Below, in pieces: positions 39,252 to 51,870 of a DNA stretch of 64,000 bases (position 1 is its first letter; each line of letters begins with the position of its first letter). Origin of the DNA: Octopus vulgaris (Eukaryota); the NCBI GenBank assembly GCA_951406725.2, contig OX597823.1, forward strand, positions 68,138,001 to 68,202,000. The letters run 5' to 3'. The position numbers and the translations under genes are program-made. The notes below the pieces were generated by a model, which saw only the letters and a program-made list of their open reading frames with translations, ran no database searches and was not told the DNA's origin.

Positions 39252-39760
39252 ATAATTGTGAAGTCTTTAAACAATACAGCATTAGCAATGCCCCTGATGG
39301 CACAGATGATGCATTATTTAATGACAGTAATATCAGTAGAGATACCAGCAATAATGATGATGATTTTATAGGATCAGATGATAAGGATTTTCCTGACTTT
39401 GAAGATGATTAAAGTTTTTGTTACTGTGTTTTCGTTTAGGTTCAACTGTAGTGGAAGCTTGCTTTTTATAAAATTTATTCTGCTTTGTTTTTTCTTGCAC
39501 ATTTTACTACTGTAATAATGTAAGGATATTTCCACTATCGTGGATTTTTTTTTCTTTATGTTCAGCTAACTTACTTTTTATATACAGTAATGTATTCTGC
39601 TATAGCTAAGGTACTTTTATAATGTTTACTAATGTACTGCTAGATTGCTTTAAATATTACATGCTTTAATGCACTAAAAACATTTTTTCATGAATATGTG
39701 CTGTTGAAATTGGGGAGCAACTAATATACCCATGTGTCTTCTATACTATCAGATATATAC
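39252..39760 (+). mobile_element. pogo/Tigger-like DNA transposon 3' fragment
   Basis: IIVKS..SISNAPDGTDDALF followed by an acidic tail (pogo KSFKKCGISN.LDG.EDD motif). A degenerate right end lies near 39710-39760. Confidence 0.65.
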
Positions 39761-39999
39761 ATATATATACATATATATATATATATCTATAAATGAAGAA
39801 TACATAAAACAGTTCTGTCTTAAAAAAAACAAAAGAATATAGAGAAATTTAGTAACTGAAAATCATACAACTGCTTTAAAAGCATATGTAGCAAAGAAAG
39901 CATTGATGTTAATTACTCAAAGATCCTACCAACATGAAAACTCAATGGGTAGGTAAGGCTGGACATATTTAATGTAGTATATAAAATAAATTAATTACA

Positions 40000-40730
40000 A
40001 ATACTCATGTAGTAAGTACGAAAGGCAACGCCAAACTTATTTTTTAATTTTCTTTTGCTTTCAGCATATGGGGGAAGGAGTAGTGCCAATGACATTTGAA
40101 AGCCCTCTGAGACCAGTGAGATTGATGCCATTAATGTTCCAGTTGAATTGTTGCAGTCGACACCTACAGGAAAGACATGGGCCAGCAGACAGTTCTCAGA
40201 TGGCTTGAGGGTTGATGTTTGGGGAAAAAAACGACTGAGCATAGATGTTAGCATGATGATTAGGGATTTGGGCATAGGATGGGTAGTCAGAAAAGTAGAG
40301 ACATATGAGTTAGGAGTGCCTGAGTGAAAGTAGAATGTAGTCAACCTTCTTTAATGAGCAGTGACTAGTATAGTAGTGATAGAAAAGACAGAAAGAGGAG
40401 AGAGCATGACTGTGGGCCAGAAGCTGAAATTTATGTCACTCAATCAAATGGTTTTACTCTGAATGTAGTCAAGGATGTCTATGTCAGCACCACCCCAGAT
40501 TCAAGAGTAATATTGTGTTGAGGTCCTCTCTTGAGCTTTGTAGAGTGTCAGTAATGGTTGGTGCCTGAAGTATTTCCTAGCCCTAAAAAAGGGGATTTTG
40601 TGATGCAGTTCTATCAATTTTAAAAGTTGTGTTTTAACCAGAAGAGATCCTTAGTGATAATGAAGCCTAACATTTAGAGTGGCTCTGAGGGCTTTAATTT
40701 ACATACTGTTCATGTTTTCAGAGGGTCCAG
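40000..40730 (-). mobile_element. Old CR1/L2-group LINE C-terminal fragment
   Basis: Minus-strand remnants FRARKYF, LLTLYKAQ.R, IWGGA, LDYIQ, LFYHYY. Confidence 0.6.
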
Positions 40731-40774
40731 TGCAATAATATATTTTCTTGATATGAGCAACACTTGTATTTATC

Positions 40775-41165
40775 TTTGTTTTATCTTTAACTTGTTTTGG
40801 TCATTGAACTGTGGCCATTCTAGGACACTGCCTTGAAGAATTTTTTATTGAATGAATCAACCCAAGTATTTTTTTAAAGCCTGGCTCTTATTCTATTAAT
40901 TCCTTTTGTGAACTGTTTAGTTATGGAAATGTAACCACACCAATACCAGTTGTCAGGTGTTGTTGTGGGACAAACAGAGACAAAGATTAACACACACCAT
41001 ATGTGTGTGTGTGTGTGTATACAATGGACTTGTTTCTGTTACTATCAGACAAATCCACTCACCAGGCTTTGATTGGTCTGAGGCTATAGTAAAATACACT
41101 TGCCCAGTGGGACTGAACCTAGAACTATGTGGTTGAGAAGCAAACTTCTTGGCACACAACTGCAC
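40775..41165 (-). mobile_element. SINE family A (older copy)
   Basis: Homologous to the family A copies above. Confidence 0.8.
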
Positions 41166-42267
41166 CTTTTATTATTATTATTTTTTAATTTTAGAAAGAA
41201 ACAAAGCCAGTGCACATTTGCAATGCTTAAAATATAAACAGTCAGCTATTTGGGTGGGAATGTCAAATGAAAATACAGTTACAAAGTCAAATCTAAGAAT
41301 TGCACACACAAGCACATGCACACATACAATATATCATGAATAAGCTACATCTTGGAGCACTCTATAGAGTGACTCTCATTGATTAAAGCTAGTCATGTAG
41401 TCTTAGCTTTGTTGTTGGCTAACAGTGATTCAGCTACTGTCATGTAAATAGCGTAGTAACCAATCCAAACTTCTAGTCATCAAGAGCAACTACTCTATGA
41501 AACTAGCTAAATGTAATAACTTTGAATTTGTGTTGGTGACTCTGGAACTTCTTAGATCATATACTTCAACAAAACAAAAAAAAAAAACACACACCAACAA
41601 CCAGCTTGTGACAGTTGAAGTCCCTCAGGTGATTCTATCTCTTCAAAGTAGCCAAAGCAGTTTTGTATCTAGCATTGATAATAACCCTGGATAGTGTTGA
41701 AAGAAACTAAATAAGACTCACTGTGAACTGTCACATTTTTACTTAGATGAACAAAAAGAGAAAACTGCACATCCTTCCCCTGATTTATCTTTAAACTCAG
41801 AGACCAACAAACTGAATTTCTTCAAACATTGGGCATTGTTGAAAAAGTGACTTCATATGTTAATGGATTGTGAAACTGCAAGCCTTGCCTAATTCAAGAT
41901 ATTAGGCAAGTTCCAGATATTAAAGTAATCAGGAATGCACCCTAGCCAGAGGCAAGAAATATGATCCAACTATCATCGTTAGAAAATGTTTCTTCTGGAA
42001 AGCTTTTAAATGCTTAAAAGCACTATATGCATACATATAGACATTTCTGAACAATTATTCAATTTTCAGGAAACTCTAGAATAATTCACCAATAACATAA
42101 TTTATCAATTGAAAAAAGTACAATAATAACATCAGATTATGGAGTGGACATGGCTAATGGACTCTTCAAGAGCTTTCACTCTCAAGATTATAAAGATATT
42201 AAAATTTCAGATAATATAAAAATTGTATAAAATCAGAAGTAAAAAGTATGTATGTATGTATGAATAA

Positions 42268-43630
42268 AGAGATCCAAGAATATTACACTAGACTAAGAAA
42301 AATGTGGCAGTCCAAACTTTCCTCTTACAAGACAATATCCTACAATGCATTTTCAGTATCAGTGCTGATTTCAACATTTGAGATACTTGACTGGTCTGTT
42401 GAAGAAATCCACTCCATAGACATTAAAGTCCACAAGATTCTAACATCGATTGGAAAGCTCCACAAAAGCAGTGATATCGAGAGGCTCTACCTAAGAAGAG
42501 ATAAAGGTGGTAGGGGCTTGAGATCAGTGCAGACAGCCTTTGAATAGCACATAATCTCCCTCAGACAGCACTTGTTAACAAGCAGCAAAAATAAATACAT
42601 TAACTGAGTGTTGAAAAGTGAAGAAAACAATCTCCTAGATGTTGGAAGTGAGCTCCCCAGAGAGTACGCTTTTCCTGATGACCTCTCATACAACCCCAAA
42701 TGCGATGGACTAGCACACCCCAAAAAAGACCTGGAGGTGAAAGACTCAGCATGCCAAAAACAGACCATGCATGGGTATGTTTCTTGTAGACTTGAAGAAG
42801 ATAGAAACATTGACATGAAGCGAAGCCTCTCTTGGACTCATGACTGCTTCATCACATCACATTTTGAAGGCTATGCATTTGCAATCTAAGAATAGGAGAT
42901 GGCTACTGAATACCTAATCAACAAGAAGGAACTGTGAAGCCCTTGGAGTTCCAAGATGCAACCAAAACTGTAGATTGTGTCATATTTCTGTGGAAGACAT
43001 CACGTGTGCAATTAGCAACTACCCAAAAATGTCATCAAGCTACTACTTCCCTGTGCGACATGATGGTGTCGTAAAAACAATATACAATGCCATTCGGGAA
43101 AAAGACTGTGCTAGAGTAAATATAGAGAATCCCCCTGTTATTGAATACATACACAAATACTAGCACAAGGAATACTGGTGGAACATTCCCATCAAAACAT
43201 CTGTCAAGTGTAAGCATAACAGGCTGGATATTGTTGTTTGGGACAGACAAAAAAATTTATGTACCATCACAAAGGTCAACTGTTCTGCTGATGTGAATAT
43301 CTCTTCAAAAATCAGAGAGAAAAAGATAACTATGGACAACTACTTCAAAAACCTCTAGATTCTATACCTAGATTACAAATTTATGTTTACACCAATAATA
43401 ATTGGAGCACTTGGTCTTATAAGTAAATGCTTAATGGTCAGTTTGGATAAGCTTAGATTTTCAGAAAAGGAATCAACCAACTGATTCACACATTACAAAT
43501 ATAATCTGTAAGTGGAACAGTATACCTATGCAAGATTTTTCTCAGGTTTATAATGGGACATTGTTTTCATTATGTACATTCCAAAGATGGAGCTTTGTCT
43601 GTTTGTTAGAAACCAGCTCCTTTTTCAGAG
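42268..43630 (+). mobile_element. R4/Dong-like (RLE-type) non-LTR retrotransposon 3' part, degenerate
   Basis: IERLYLRRDKGGRGL, QTMHGY, FEGYAFAI, CRLC..VED..CAIS (CCHC-like), RHDGV, WWNIPIKT..KHNRLDIVVWD, IIIGALG. Several stops and frameshifts. Upstream sequence at about 41400-42240 may belong to the same element. Confidence 0.85.
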
Positions 43631-44397
43631 GAAGAATTTAAATGATTAAACAGAGACACACAAGCACACATGCATGCATGCATGAACACACACACACACA
43701 CACACATCACACTCATAAAGGTAACCCTGATTTTCAACTTAACATGGAGATTGTGTTAGAACACAGAATATTGTGTTGCTTACCTAGAGAGGATCTCTCA
43801 TAAAAATGCATGGTGCACAAAAACACATAATTATATCACTGACAGATGAAAATCGTCTGCTACAGCCACTGGAACTGCAAGATCATGTGATTTTGCTATG
43901 CTATGGGTTCCTCAGTAACAGATGCCTAGCAGCATGTTAACAGCTGAATCTCCTATCAACAATATATAGAATTTCATTGTCTAGTTGTCTAGGAATCTAT
44001 AAGTCAGAAAAAGTGTGCACTTGTATATTTACCAATAGAATGGGTACATAAATCAAAGTATTCAATATTATCAATCCATTTCAATGGATCTTGCCAATCA
44101 GTTTCCATGGCAGGTTTCCATGGCACTTGAGTGAGTGAGATCACAATATTCCCTGAACAGACTGCCAGTCTGTTATCAGTCCGTTACAGAGAGTCTCATT
44201 TATGACTGAGTGAACTGGGGCAATGCAAATTGAAAAGGTGTATTGATAAGGAGCACAACACACCAGTCAGTCCAGGAACTAAAATCAATGATCTTGTAAT
44301 CTAGAGAGCAACACCCTGATAACTAGTCTATGTACCTTCATTATAACCACCTATGAGAACTTAGCAAAATACACATTAAAATGGATCTAGTGATGGG

Positions 44398-44402
<5 letters not shown>

Positions 44403-44452
<50 letters not shown>
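44403..44452. repeat. (GA)n microsatellite
   Basis: Directly visible. Confidence 0.95.
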
Positions 44453-44458
<6 letters not shown>

Positions 44459-44987
44459 CAAATAGACAAAGGTTGAAAAGCATGTATATATCGGTTAACA
44501 CATTTTCATATGCATTTTATGAGCAAAAGCATCATTGATTATACATGTGGTACATGCCATGCACATACATATACTTTTTAAAAGCATATGGCCTAGAGTG
44601 ACTGTGAATAGGAGAGTTTGCAACATTAAAAATGATTGGGTATTGAAGAAGTCAGATGTGAAGAAAAAATAAAGACTTGTAATCACAAAATAGCCAAAAG
44701 GCTTTGATACTTCACATTCTTCTTTAAAAAAGTGCATATAGTATGTGTAACTAATGATGCTTTTGCTCACAATATGCATAATATAAAGAAATTATTTTTC
44801 AAATGTGTCATCTAGCAATGATAGAATACAACAGTATTCTATGATTTCCTTGGGAAATTCATGTACCTCCATTACTTCTGACTAATTTTTCTATCTTTGT
44901 AAATATATTCTACGAAGAACTTTTATAACCACACACACACACACATACATACAGCCCCAAAACAGCTGGGCTCTCTCTTACCTCAGA

Positions 44988-45275
44988 GAAGACCTGGATG
45001 TAAAGCACTCAACATACAAAAAAAAGACTATGCATGGGTATGTTGCCTGGAAGCTTGAAGAAGACAGTAGAATTGACATGAAGCACAGCCTCTCTTAGAC
45101 ACAAGACCACTACATCACAACACACTTTGAAGGTCATGCATTCACAATCCAGGAACAGGAGATAGCCACAAAGTACCTGGTGAACAAGAGACGCTCTTGT
45201 AATCCTAAAGTGCAACCACATGTAGGATATGTCATGTTTCTATGGAAGATATCACACATGTGATTAGCAGCTGTG
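44988..45275 (+). mobile_element. Internal fragment of the same R4/Dong-like family
   Basis: Similar to 42725-43020 (atgcatgggtatgtt, ttgacatgaagc, tttgaagg, caggagatagcc). Confidence 0.75.
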
Positions 45276-45530
45276 ATTAGCACATGTGATTAGCATGCCA
45301 AAACAGATACAGAAGCCTGATGTAGTCTTCTACCTGGCTGGTTCTTGTCAAACTGTCCAACCCATGCCAATATAGAAGGCGGATATTAAATGATGATGAT
45401 TTTATATATATATATATATATATATAAAGTTAATCCAAACATGGAAACACAAAGAGAAAACACAACAATGCGAGGACGTGGAACAAATATAGTATTATTG
45501 GACGCTCAGGAAGGAAGGGAAGAAGGAGGG

Positions 45531-45565
45531 TTTTATGTTTCGAGCAGAGCTCTTTGTCAGAAAAA
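45531..45565 (-). ncRNA. Degenerate minimal hammerhead motif in a ~210-bp repeat (45432-45643)
   Basis: tttt-CTGACaA-a-GAGC-tct-GCTC-GAAAC-aTA-aaa. A related copy lies at 60287-60320. Confidence 0.5.
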
Positions 45566-46765
45566 TAGGAAAAGGAAAGATCCAGAGAAGGGAAGACGGA
45601 GGAAAAAAAATCGTCAACGGTACACACGCGGTCACATTTTGAATATATATATATATATATATATGTATAAATATAGACATACACACAAAACTAATGTTGC
45701 ATGGATGAACTCCTATGGGTGAGAGGTGTTACCACCCTTCCTGCACAAGTGTGAACATTTTTGCACCAGTAGGCCATGTCAGTACCCAGCTGTTATGCCT
45801 TGAGTACAGACATGCAGTTTTGGCAGAAAAATATATAGTCAGATACATTTTGAAAGTGCCTTGTACATCTCCACTCATAAATTTCCAAATAGATATATTT
45901 TTGCTTACTTGTTGTAGTGAGTTGCATTTTTTTCCCCTTTAAATAAGAAAGGTCATATTTTTAGCAATGTTAACTTAAAGGTAGCAAAATATTTTTATGA
46001 TATTGAGAATGCAAATAGGTAATCTATAATAAAATCCTGTTTCGAATTATTTACATTTTAGTTACATATTGATGCAGGAAAACAACTGTTTTAAGCGGAG
46101 ATTTTTAAAATCCTTCTGACTTTTTATAATACATTTTTAACCCTTAAATCAATCTTTGGAGTTTTATATTTTGAACATCAGACATTTAGGATCAGGTGTT
46201 TTTTTCATTTAGAAAATAAATTCAGTTATGCAATATATATAATTTAACGTAATGCTAAAATCATTTAATAAAATAAAATATTTTTCATATAAATTGAATT
46301 GTATATACACACACACACAGACACACACAAAGTGATATTAATATTAAGCAATATGTATAGCATATGTTCAGTAAAGGAAGAATTTTGTGTTATTACCAAT
46401 TAGGGCAGGTGACAGAAATACAAATAAAATTTTAAGAAGTATATGATCTTGTAACAGTGCATATAAATTGTTCAACTGTGTTTATAGACAAGCTGTGGCA
46501 TTAGCTTGTATTGTTCATTATTTTACTGTTTCTGTTTTCATTTAAAAATTTAATTATGAATTGTTTGCATGGGGACAGTTATGGAATATATGAATTTTTA
46601 GTGTATTAATGTTTTCATAATTGATTTGTAAGGTTCTCGATGTGAACCCATGTGTTGAAACAAATTATGTTGTACTTTGGGAGGGTCATAATGCCAATAA
46701 TAAACACATGCATTGTTTATATTTCATTTCTTATATTATTATTCATTAACATTTAACCAATTAAC

Positions 46766-46964
46766 TAATCAAGTGTTTGATTAATTGTTCAGTCAATCAA
46801 TCAGCTAAGTTTGTCAAAGTCCTTTTATCATCATTGGTGATCACATCAATGACATACCCTCTCTAGTCAAGGTCTGGTTCAGGTCTTGACCTAAAGCACG
46901 CAATGAGAGAACTTTGACAAACCTAGCTGATTGACTGACAGATTGATTAATCAACAATTGATTA
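46766..46964. mobile_element. MITE-like fold-back element
   Basis: ~55-bp imperfect inverted arms (tcaatcagctaagtttgtcaaagt / actttgacaaacctagctgattga). Confidence 0.7.
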
Positions 46965-47585
46965 TTTTTATCCCTTTACATTATCAATATTTCTGTACTC
47001 ATAGTGTTTCCACCTAATATAAGCAATTCTAGAGACACATTCTTCACACCATGGAAAGAGGATCAACTTAATGCTAGCCTAATATATTCAATCACACAGG
47101 GTGCATAATTTTTCACATGGAATCATTTACATGTAAGGTGGTTAGGAACAGTGTCGTACAAAAACAATTGCAACAAATAAGTTGTGCTAAGTTCATTCTC
47201 TGTCATCTAACTTACATGTGTGTGTGTGTGTGCATGTGTGTGATGGAATCTCCAATCGAAGATGACATGAATGCTCAGCTTTTGGCTGAATGACTTGCAC
47301 AAATGATTTGTTGAAACAGATTAGTGATCAACTGTATGTGCTGTACTTTAGCTCACTCTTTCCATTTAACTGACATAGAGGTGCACAAGTGTGCCACATG
47401 TCGAAATGATCACAGGTCAGTGTGGAATGAAGTGTTTTTGCTCAAGAACCCAGCTCATGAATCAAATCCATGATTTAGCAATCATCCCAGCATGGAAGGC
47501 GGATGTTAAACGATGATGATGATGACGATGAATGCAATGCCCTAACCACTAGACCATGTGCCTTCACATATATATACATATATAC

Positions 47586-47638
<53 letters not shown>

Positions 47639-47691
47639 TGCATATGTATGTGCGTGTGTATGTGTGTGTGTATATAAATATATATATATAC

Positions 47692-47856
47692 ACACACTCT
47701 CGGAGTGGTTGGTGTTAGGAAGGGCATCCAGCTGTAGAAACTATGCCAGATCAAGATTGGAGCCTGGTACAGCCATCTGGTTCGCCAGTCCTCAGTCAAA
47801 TCGGCCAGCCCATGCTAGCATGGAAAGCGGATGTTAAACGATGATGATGATGATGA

Positions 47857-47860
<4 letters not shown>
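47692..47860 (+). mobile_element. Short RTE 3' terminal fragment
   Basis: cactctcggagtggttggtgttaggaagggcatcc...ggatgttaaacgatgatg. Confidence 0.85.
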
Positions 47861-47907
<47 letters not shown>

Positions 47908-48049
47908 ACAGCTTGGATGGCACTACTATTTGCTCACTGCATAAATAATTTAATTCTTGTTGGAACACAAATTACTTTACTTCACTTGATTTTCCATATT
48001 ATTTTAGTGTTATAAATGTAGCTCTTAATTAAGACTGGGTGTATATTTT

Positions 48050-49070
48050 TGCCTATAACTGATTTCATGATCAGGAATAAAAGAAATTCAAGAAAAGCCC
48101 TTTACAATATTTCATTCATTTTTAGAAATTTTTCAGAAATGGTATGTCTTGATGTGACCATTTGGATTTGGTCTTTAAAGAAATCTGGGAATCAAATACC
48201 TAACATTCTTGTTATGGCAACTTACTTCAGCTCATGGTTTGAGTTATCATCATTGACTTTGTAAATGGTTTTGCTGAAGCAAAATACTGAATCATACTTG
48301 AATCAAATTTGTTTTGCAGGATATTAGAGAGCTGGAAAGCCATCAGTTCAGAATTGTATCAAGAGAGCCTGTTTCTTTGGTTATTGCTTGTTCAGTTAGA
48401 ATAATGTGTGTTAGGCTGTTGGAAGTAGATGCCTAAAAGAAAATATCTAAATTATCACATTATTGCTCTTTCTGTGGCTGATAGAAGACATTTTCCTACA
48501 GGTCTATGGGTAAATAGTAAATCTAGGAACTGAATTTTATATTAGTCATTTTGACATAGAATTAGTTTGAATTGTTATTTTTAAGGCTAGTGACCCACTT
48601 GAGTAGCAACAAAAAGCCTTTTGTTTTAATTTGATTAAACTGTCAGGAATTTTCATTTACTCAGTCTTTTTCACAAGCAAGTTTTAGTGGTGCTTGAAAT
48701 TTTAAGTCAATGCCTGTAAAAGAAATAAATTGATATCTTTGGTAACGGCTAACAGTTTTCTTATGAGTATTTGTCTGTCTGTGTTTGGCAATAGTGTATT
48801 ACTGTTGTTGTTTCTCTAAATGTTTAAGACAAACATGAGAATTAATGGTCTTCAAAATTTATCAGTACAGAAATTGTATTTTCTTGTCAAGCTAAGTTGT
48901 TCAAAATAAGACAATCTACTTATTCTAGCTGAAGCTCCAATTGCTTTCCAATCAATTTTGTGGAGGTCAAAGTTTTCTAAGAATGGACATTTGTTTTTGT
49001 GCAATTTTTGGATTATGAAACCTTTCTTGGTGCCATACATTGAGAACTTAATAACTGTAATACCTGAGAA
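48050..49070 (-). mobile_element. Highly degenerate Penelope-like element (GIY-YIG region)
   Basis: Minus-strand P..GKCL...NVI-like segment near 48460-48520, resembling CPL.GKCL..VVY. Very eroded. Confidence 0.35.
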
Positions 49071-49204
49071 AAAGGAAGGGTTTATTTCATTATTGGGCTT
49101 TATATCTGTGCTATTGCTAAAAGTAGAGTAATTTGTTATACCTGCATGTGGCTTGCAGGTTTGTAATTATAGAAGAAATAACTGCTGCCAACATTTCTAT
49201 GTTA

Positions 49205-49429
49205 TTACACTTTTGTTACCATATTTCTGTTGAGATACACTACATCTATTTCAATTAATTTTGAAAATAACAAAGAATTTAGTAAAATGACTGTCATTAT
49301 TAAGCTGGTGTTTAGAACATAAATTAACATGAAATTTTTATGGAAGTTTAACGTAGATCTTTTTAAAACTGAAAGTATTCATCATAAAAACAGGGTTAGT
49401 TCCAAGCAGATTGGTATCAAAAGGGTTAA
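49205..49429. mobile_element. piggyBac-type MITE A
   Basis: Inverted ends cttttgttacca / tggtatcaaaagggTTAA. Confidence 0.72.
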
Positions 49430-49559
49430 GACATGAGCTTCCAGGTATAATACACCCAAAGGCTATTATATTACTGGCATATTCAGGTTACATAGAAGGC
49501 TGGTTGATGTCAAATATCACCAAAATCTTTCTTTACATTTGTGAGTATCTTTGAAACAT

Positions 49560-50210
49560 TTACAATGATAAAATGTATCAAGCGTTCAATACATGATATA
49601 TAATAATGGGAAATAGTGGAAGAGGGAGACTGATCACTTAAAATGGAGGTAAGATATGGAACAAAATATTGAAGGCTGATCTTAAGATGCTGAGCCTTAT
49701 GAAGGAGATGACAGAGGATTGAGAAATGTGGCACATTGCTGTAGACAAGAAGGCCTGTCCACCACAATTGAATCGATATCTTAAAACCAAGGTGCCACAT
49801 AAAAAGGCTTTGTTCTGGGTGCTGATGCCACATAAAAAGCACTGATGCTGGTGTCGCATAAAATGCACTGGTGTTGTTATCACATAAAGTGCACTGGTAT
49901 TGGTGCCATGTAAAAAGATTTAGAGCAGGTACCACAAAAAATCACTGGTGACGGTGTCACATAAAAATCACTGGTGCTGGTTCCATGCAAGAAGCACTGG
50001 TGTCATAAAAAGCAATTGGTGATTATGCCAGATAAAAATCACCCAGTATACTCTGTAAAGTGGTTGGTGTTAGGAAGGGCATCCAGCTGTAGAAATCAAG
50101 CCAAAACAGACTATGGAACTTGGTGTGGCCGTTGACCTTGCCAGCTCCTGTCAAGCTCTCCAACTCATGCCAGCATGGAAAATGGATAATAAATGATGAT
50201 GATGAGGAGG
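49560..50210 (+). mobile_element. RTE LINE 3' end with ~26-bp minisatellite
   Basis: GRGR..W C-terminal remnant, tandem gtgccacataaaaagcactggt units, then the conserved 3' terminus and (GAT)n. Confidence 0.75.
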
Positions 50211-50329
50211 AAGATCCTTCTGTGTACCTGACAACCAGTGAGTGACTCATGTAAGAATAAGAAGTGAGCACTCAAACAACAAAGTTTCTCAAGATATACA
50301 AAACCACTTCACTGTACTTTTTGGATTGA

Positions 50330-51060
50330 TCAATAAACTGTGAAGCCTGTTAAATCCAACAGAGCATCTTGTATTTCTGGTGAGATATGTGGCTATATTA
50401 ATGTAATTGCTATTGTATTGCTATGTGCTGGCAAGATCATATAAGAGTAGAATTTTGTTTTGATTCCTTTTAATATAGAGTGCTTGGGAATTTGAAGGAA
50501 ATAGTGTTGGTGTAGGCGACCATGCTTTACTAAAGCTAGTATCTATGCATCAGTTTTGTAGTAATATTGCATGCTGCAGCTGACCCTTTTGTATGTAACA
50601 GAGCTCTTTTCAATGTTGATTGATAGTGATGAAAAAAAAAAGAGGAAAGAGTGTTTTGTGGTCACAATAGTACATTGATATGTTGTCACACATATCATTT
50701 TTCTCTTTTTTGACTTGTTTTGGCATTTAACTTGGATATGATACTGTTGTAGAGAGTTGTAGTGTATTTTTGCCTAAAGTTTCATATTATTTGTTCAGTA
50801 CCTTTCATGGGATGGTTGATGCTACTCTTCAGAGAGCGTTTTACCTGTTTTCTTTTATCATTATTTAACGTTTCATTCCAAAATATTATGAGAGCAACCC
50901 CATTTTACCAAGATATTTAATGTGTTTCAGTAGCTATGTACACATGATAGGGTTTTGATGTTGTTTGGTTACCTCATGAAATGACATTAGTCATGTTAGG
51001 TTTTATTGATACCAACTTTATTGTGCGAAGTTCATTGGATGATTGCATTCTTCTCTTTGC
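50330..51060 (-). mobile_element. Highly degenerate Penelope-like element
   Basis: Weak resemblance to the NIK.SYS..HN and F..R..H..SF motifs of Penelope endonucleases. Confidence 0.3.
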
Positions 51061-51603
51061 TGAATTATTGTTTGTGTGTACCCAGGTAGTATATTCTGCA
51101 ACACTGTGCACTCAATGTGCCACAATGTGTGTGAGGGCGCAAGTGCATGTTTGTATGTGTATGTGTATGTATGTGTATGTATATATTCATTGCTAGTAAG
51201 TTATGAAAGTGACTCAAGGGCTGCTGTGAGTTTTGTGCATGCCATTTATCAAACTGACATAAAAACTGAGTTTGTTTCATGTATAGTGAGAATTGCAATT
51301 CCTTCCAGAATGTTTGATTAAAATTTTTATTGAAGTGTAACATGATATCTGGAAAATTTCAAAATATGCCTGTTAAACAGAGGGTAGATGTGAGAGGAAA
51401 TAAATGCAGTTGGTTCATAGCAGCAGGGCTTTCAGTTCAATTCCACCGAATCCAACACCATGTTGTTGTGAAGTGACTGTACAATACATTTACACAAGGT
51501 GCTACATTTACATTGTGACCCCTTGTTAAAATGCATTTTACGATAGCACTGGACTAGCAAATGTACTTCTGGTTAATTTCAAAAAAGGAAATTGTGTTTG
51601 TTT

Positions 51604-51654
51604 GTATGTATAATGATGTATGTATGTATGTATGTATGTATATATTTACATATG

Positions 51655-51692
<38 letters not shown>

Positions 51693-51748
51693 ATATGTAT
51701 ATGTACATATATATACATATATGTACATATACATATGTATATATATGT

Positions 51749-51785
<37 letters not shown>

Positions 51786-51822
51786 CATATATTTATATAT
51801 ATATGTACATATATATATATGT

Positions 51823-51859
<37 letters not shown>

Positions 51860-51870
51860 ACATATTTATA
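51604..51870. repeat. Long compound (TA)/(TATG)/(TACA) microsatellite
   Basis: Directly visible. It produces several spurious YI-repeat ORFs. Confidence 0.95.

Noticed and set aside
43784-43874. Possible minus-strand exon (ttgcAG...AG|GTAAGC)
   Set aside because: There are stops in all three frames and no MAGUK similarity. It could only be a UTR or cryptic exon.
46630-46680. Hammerhead-like AAC..GTT-GAAACAA..TTGTA in the repeat also at 2690 and 3595
   Set aside because: None of the three copies has a CUGANGA box or a proper stem I.
49790-50045. CRISPR-like appearance of repeat arrays (also 2235-2500)
   Set aside because: These are degenerate tandem units with no unique spacers and no cas genes, in a eukaryotic LINE 3' UTR context.
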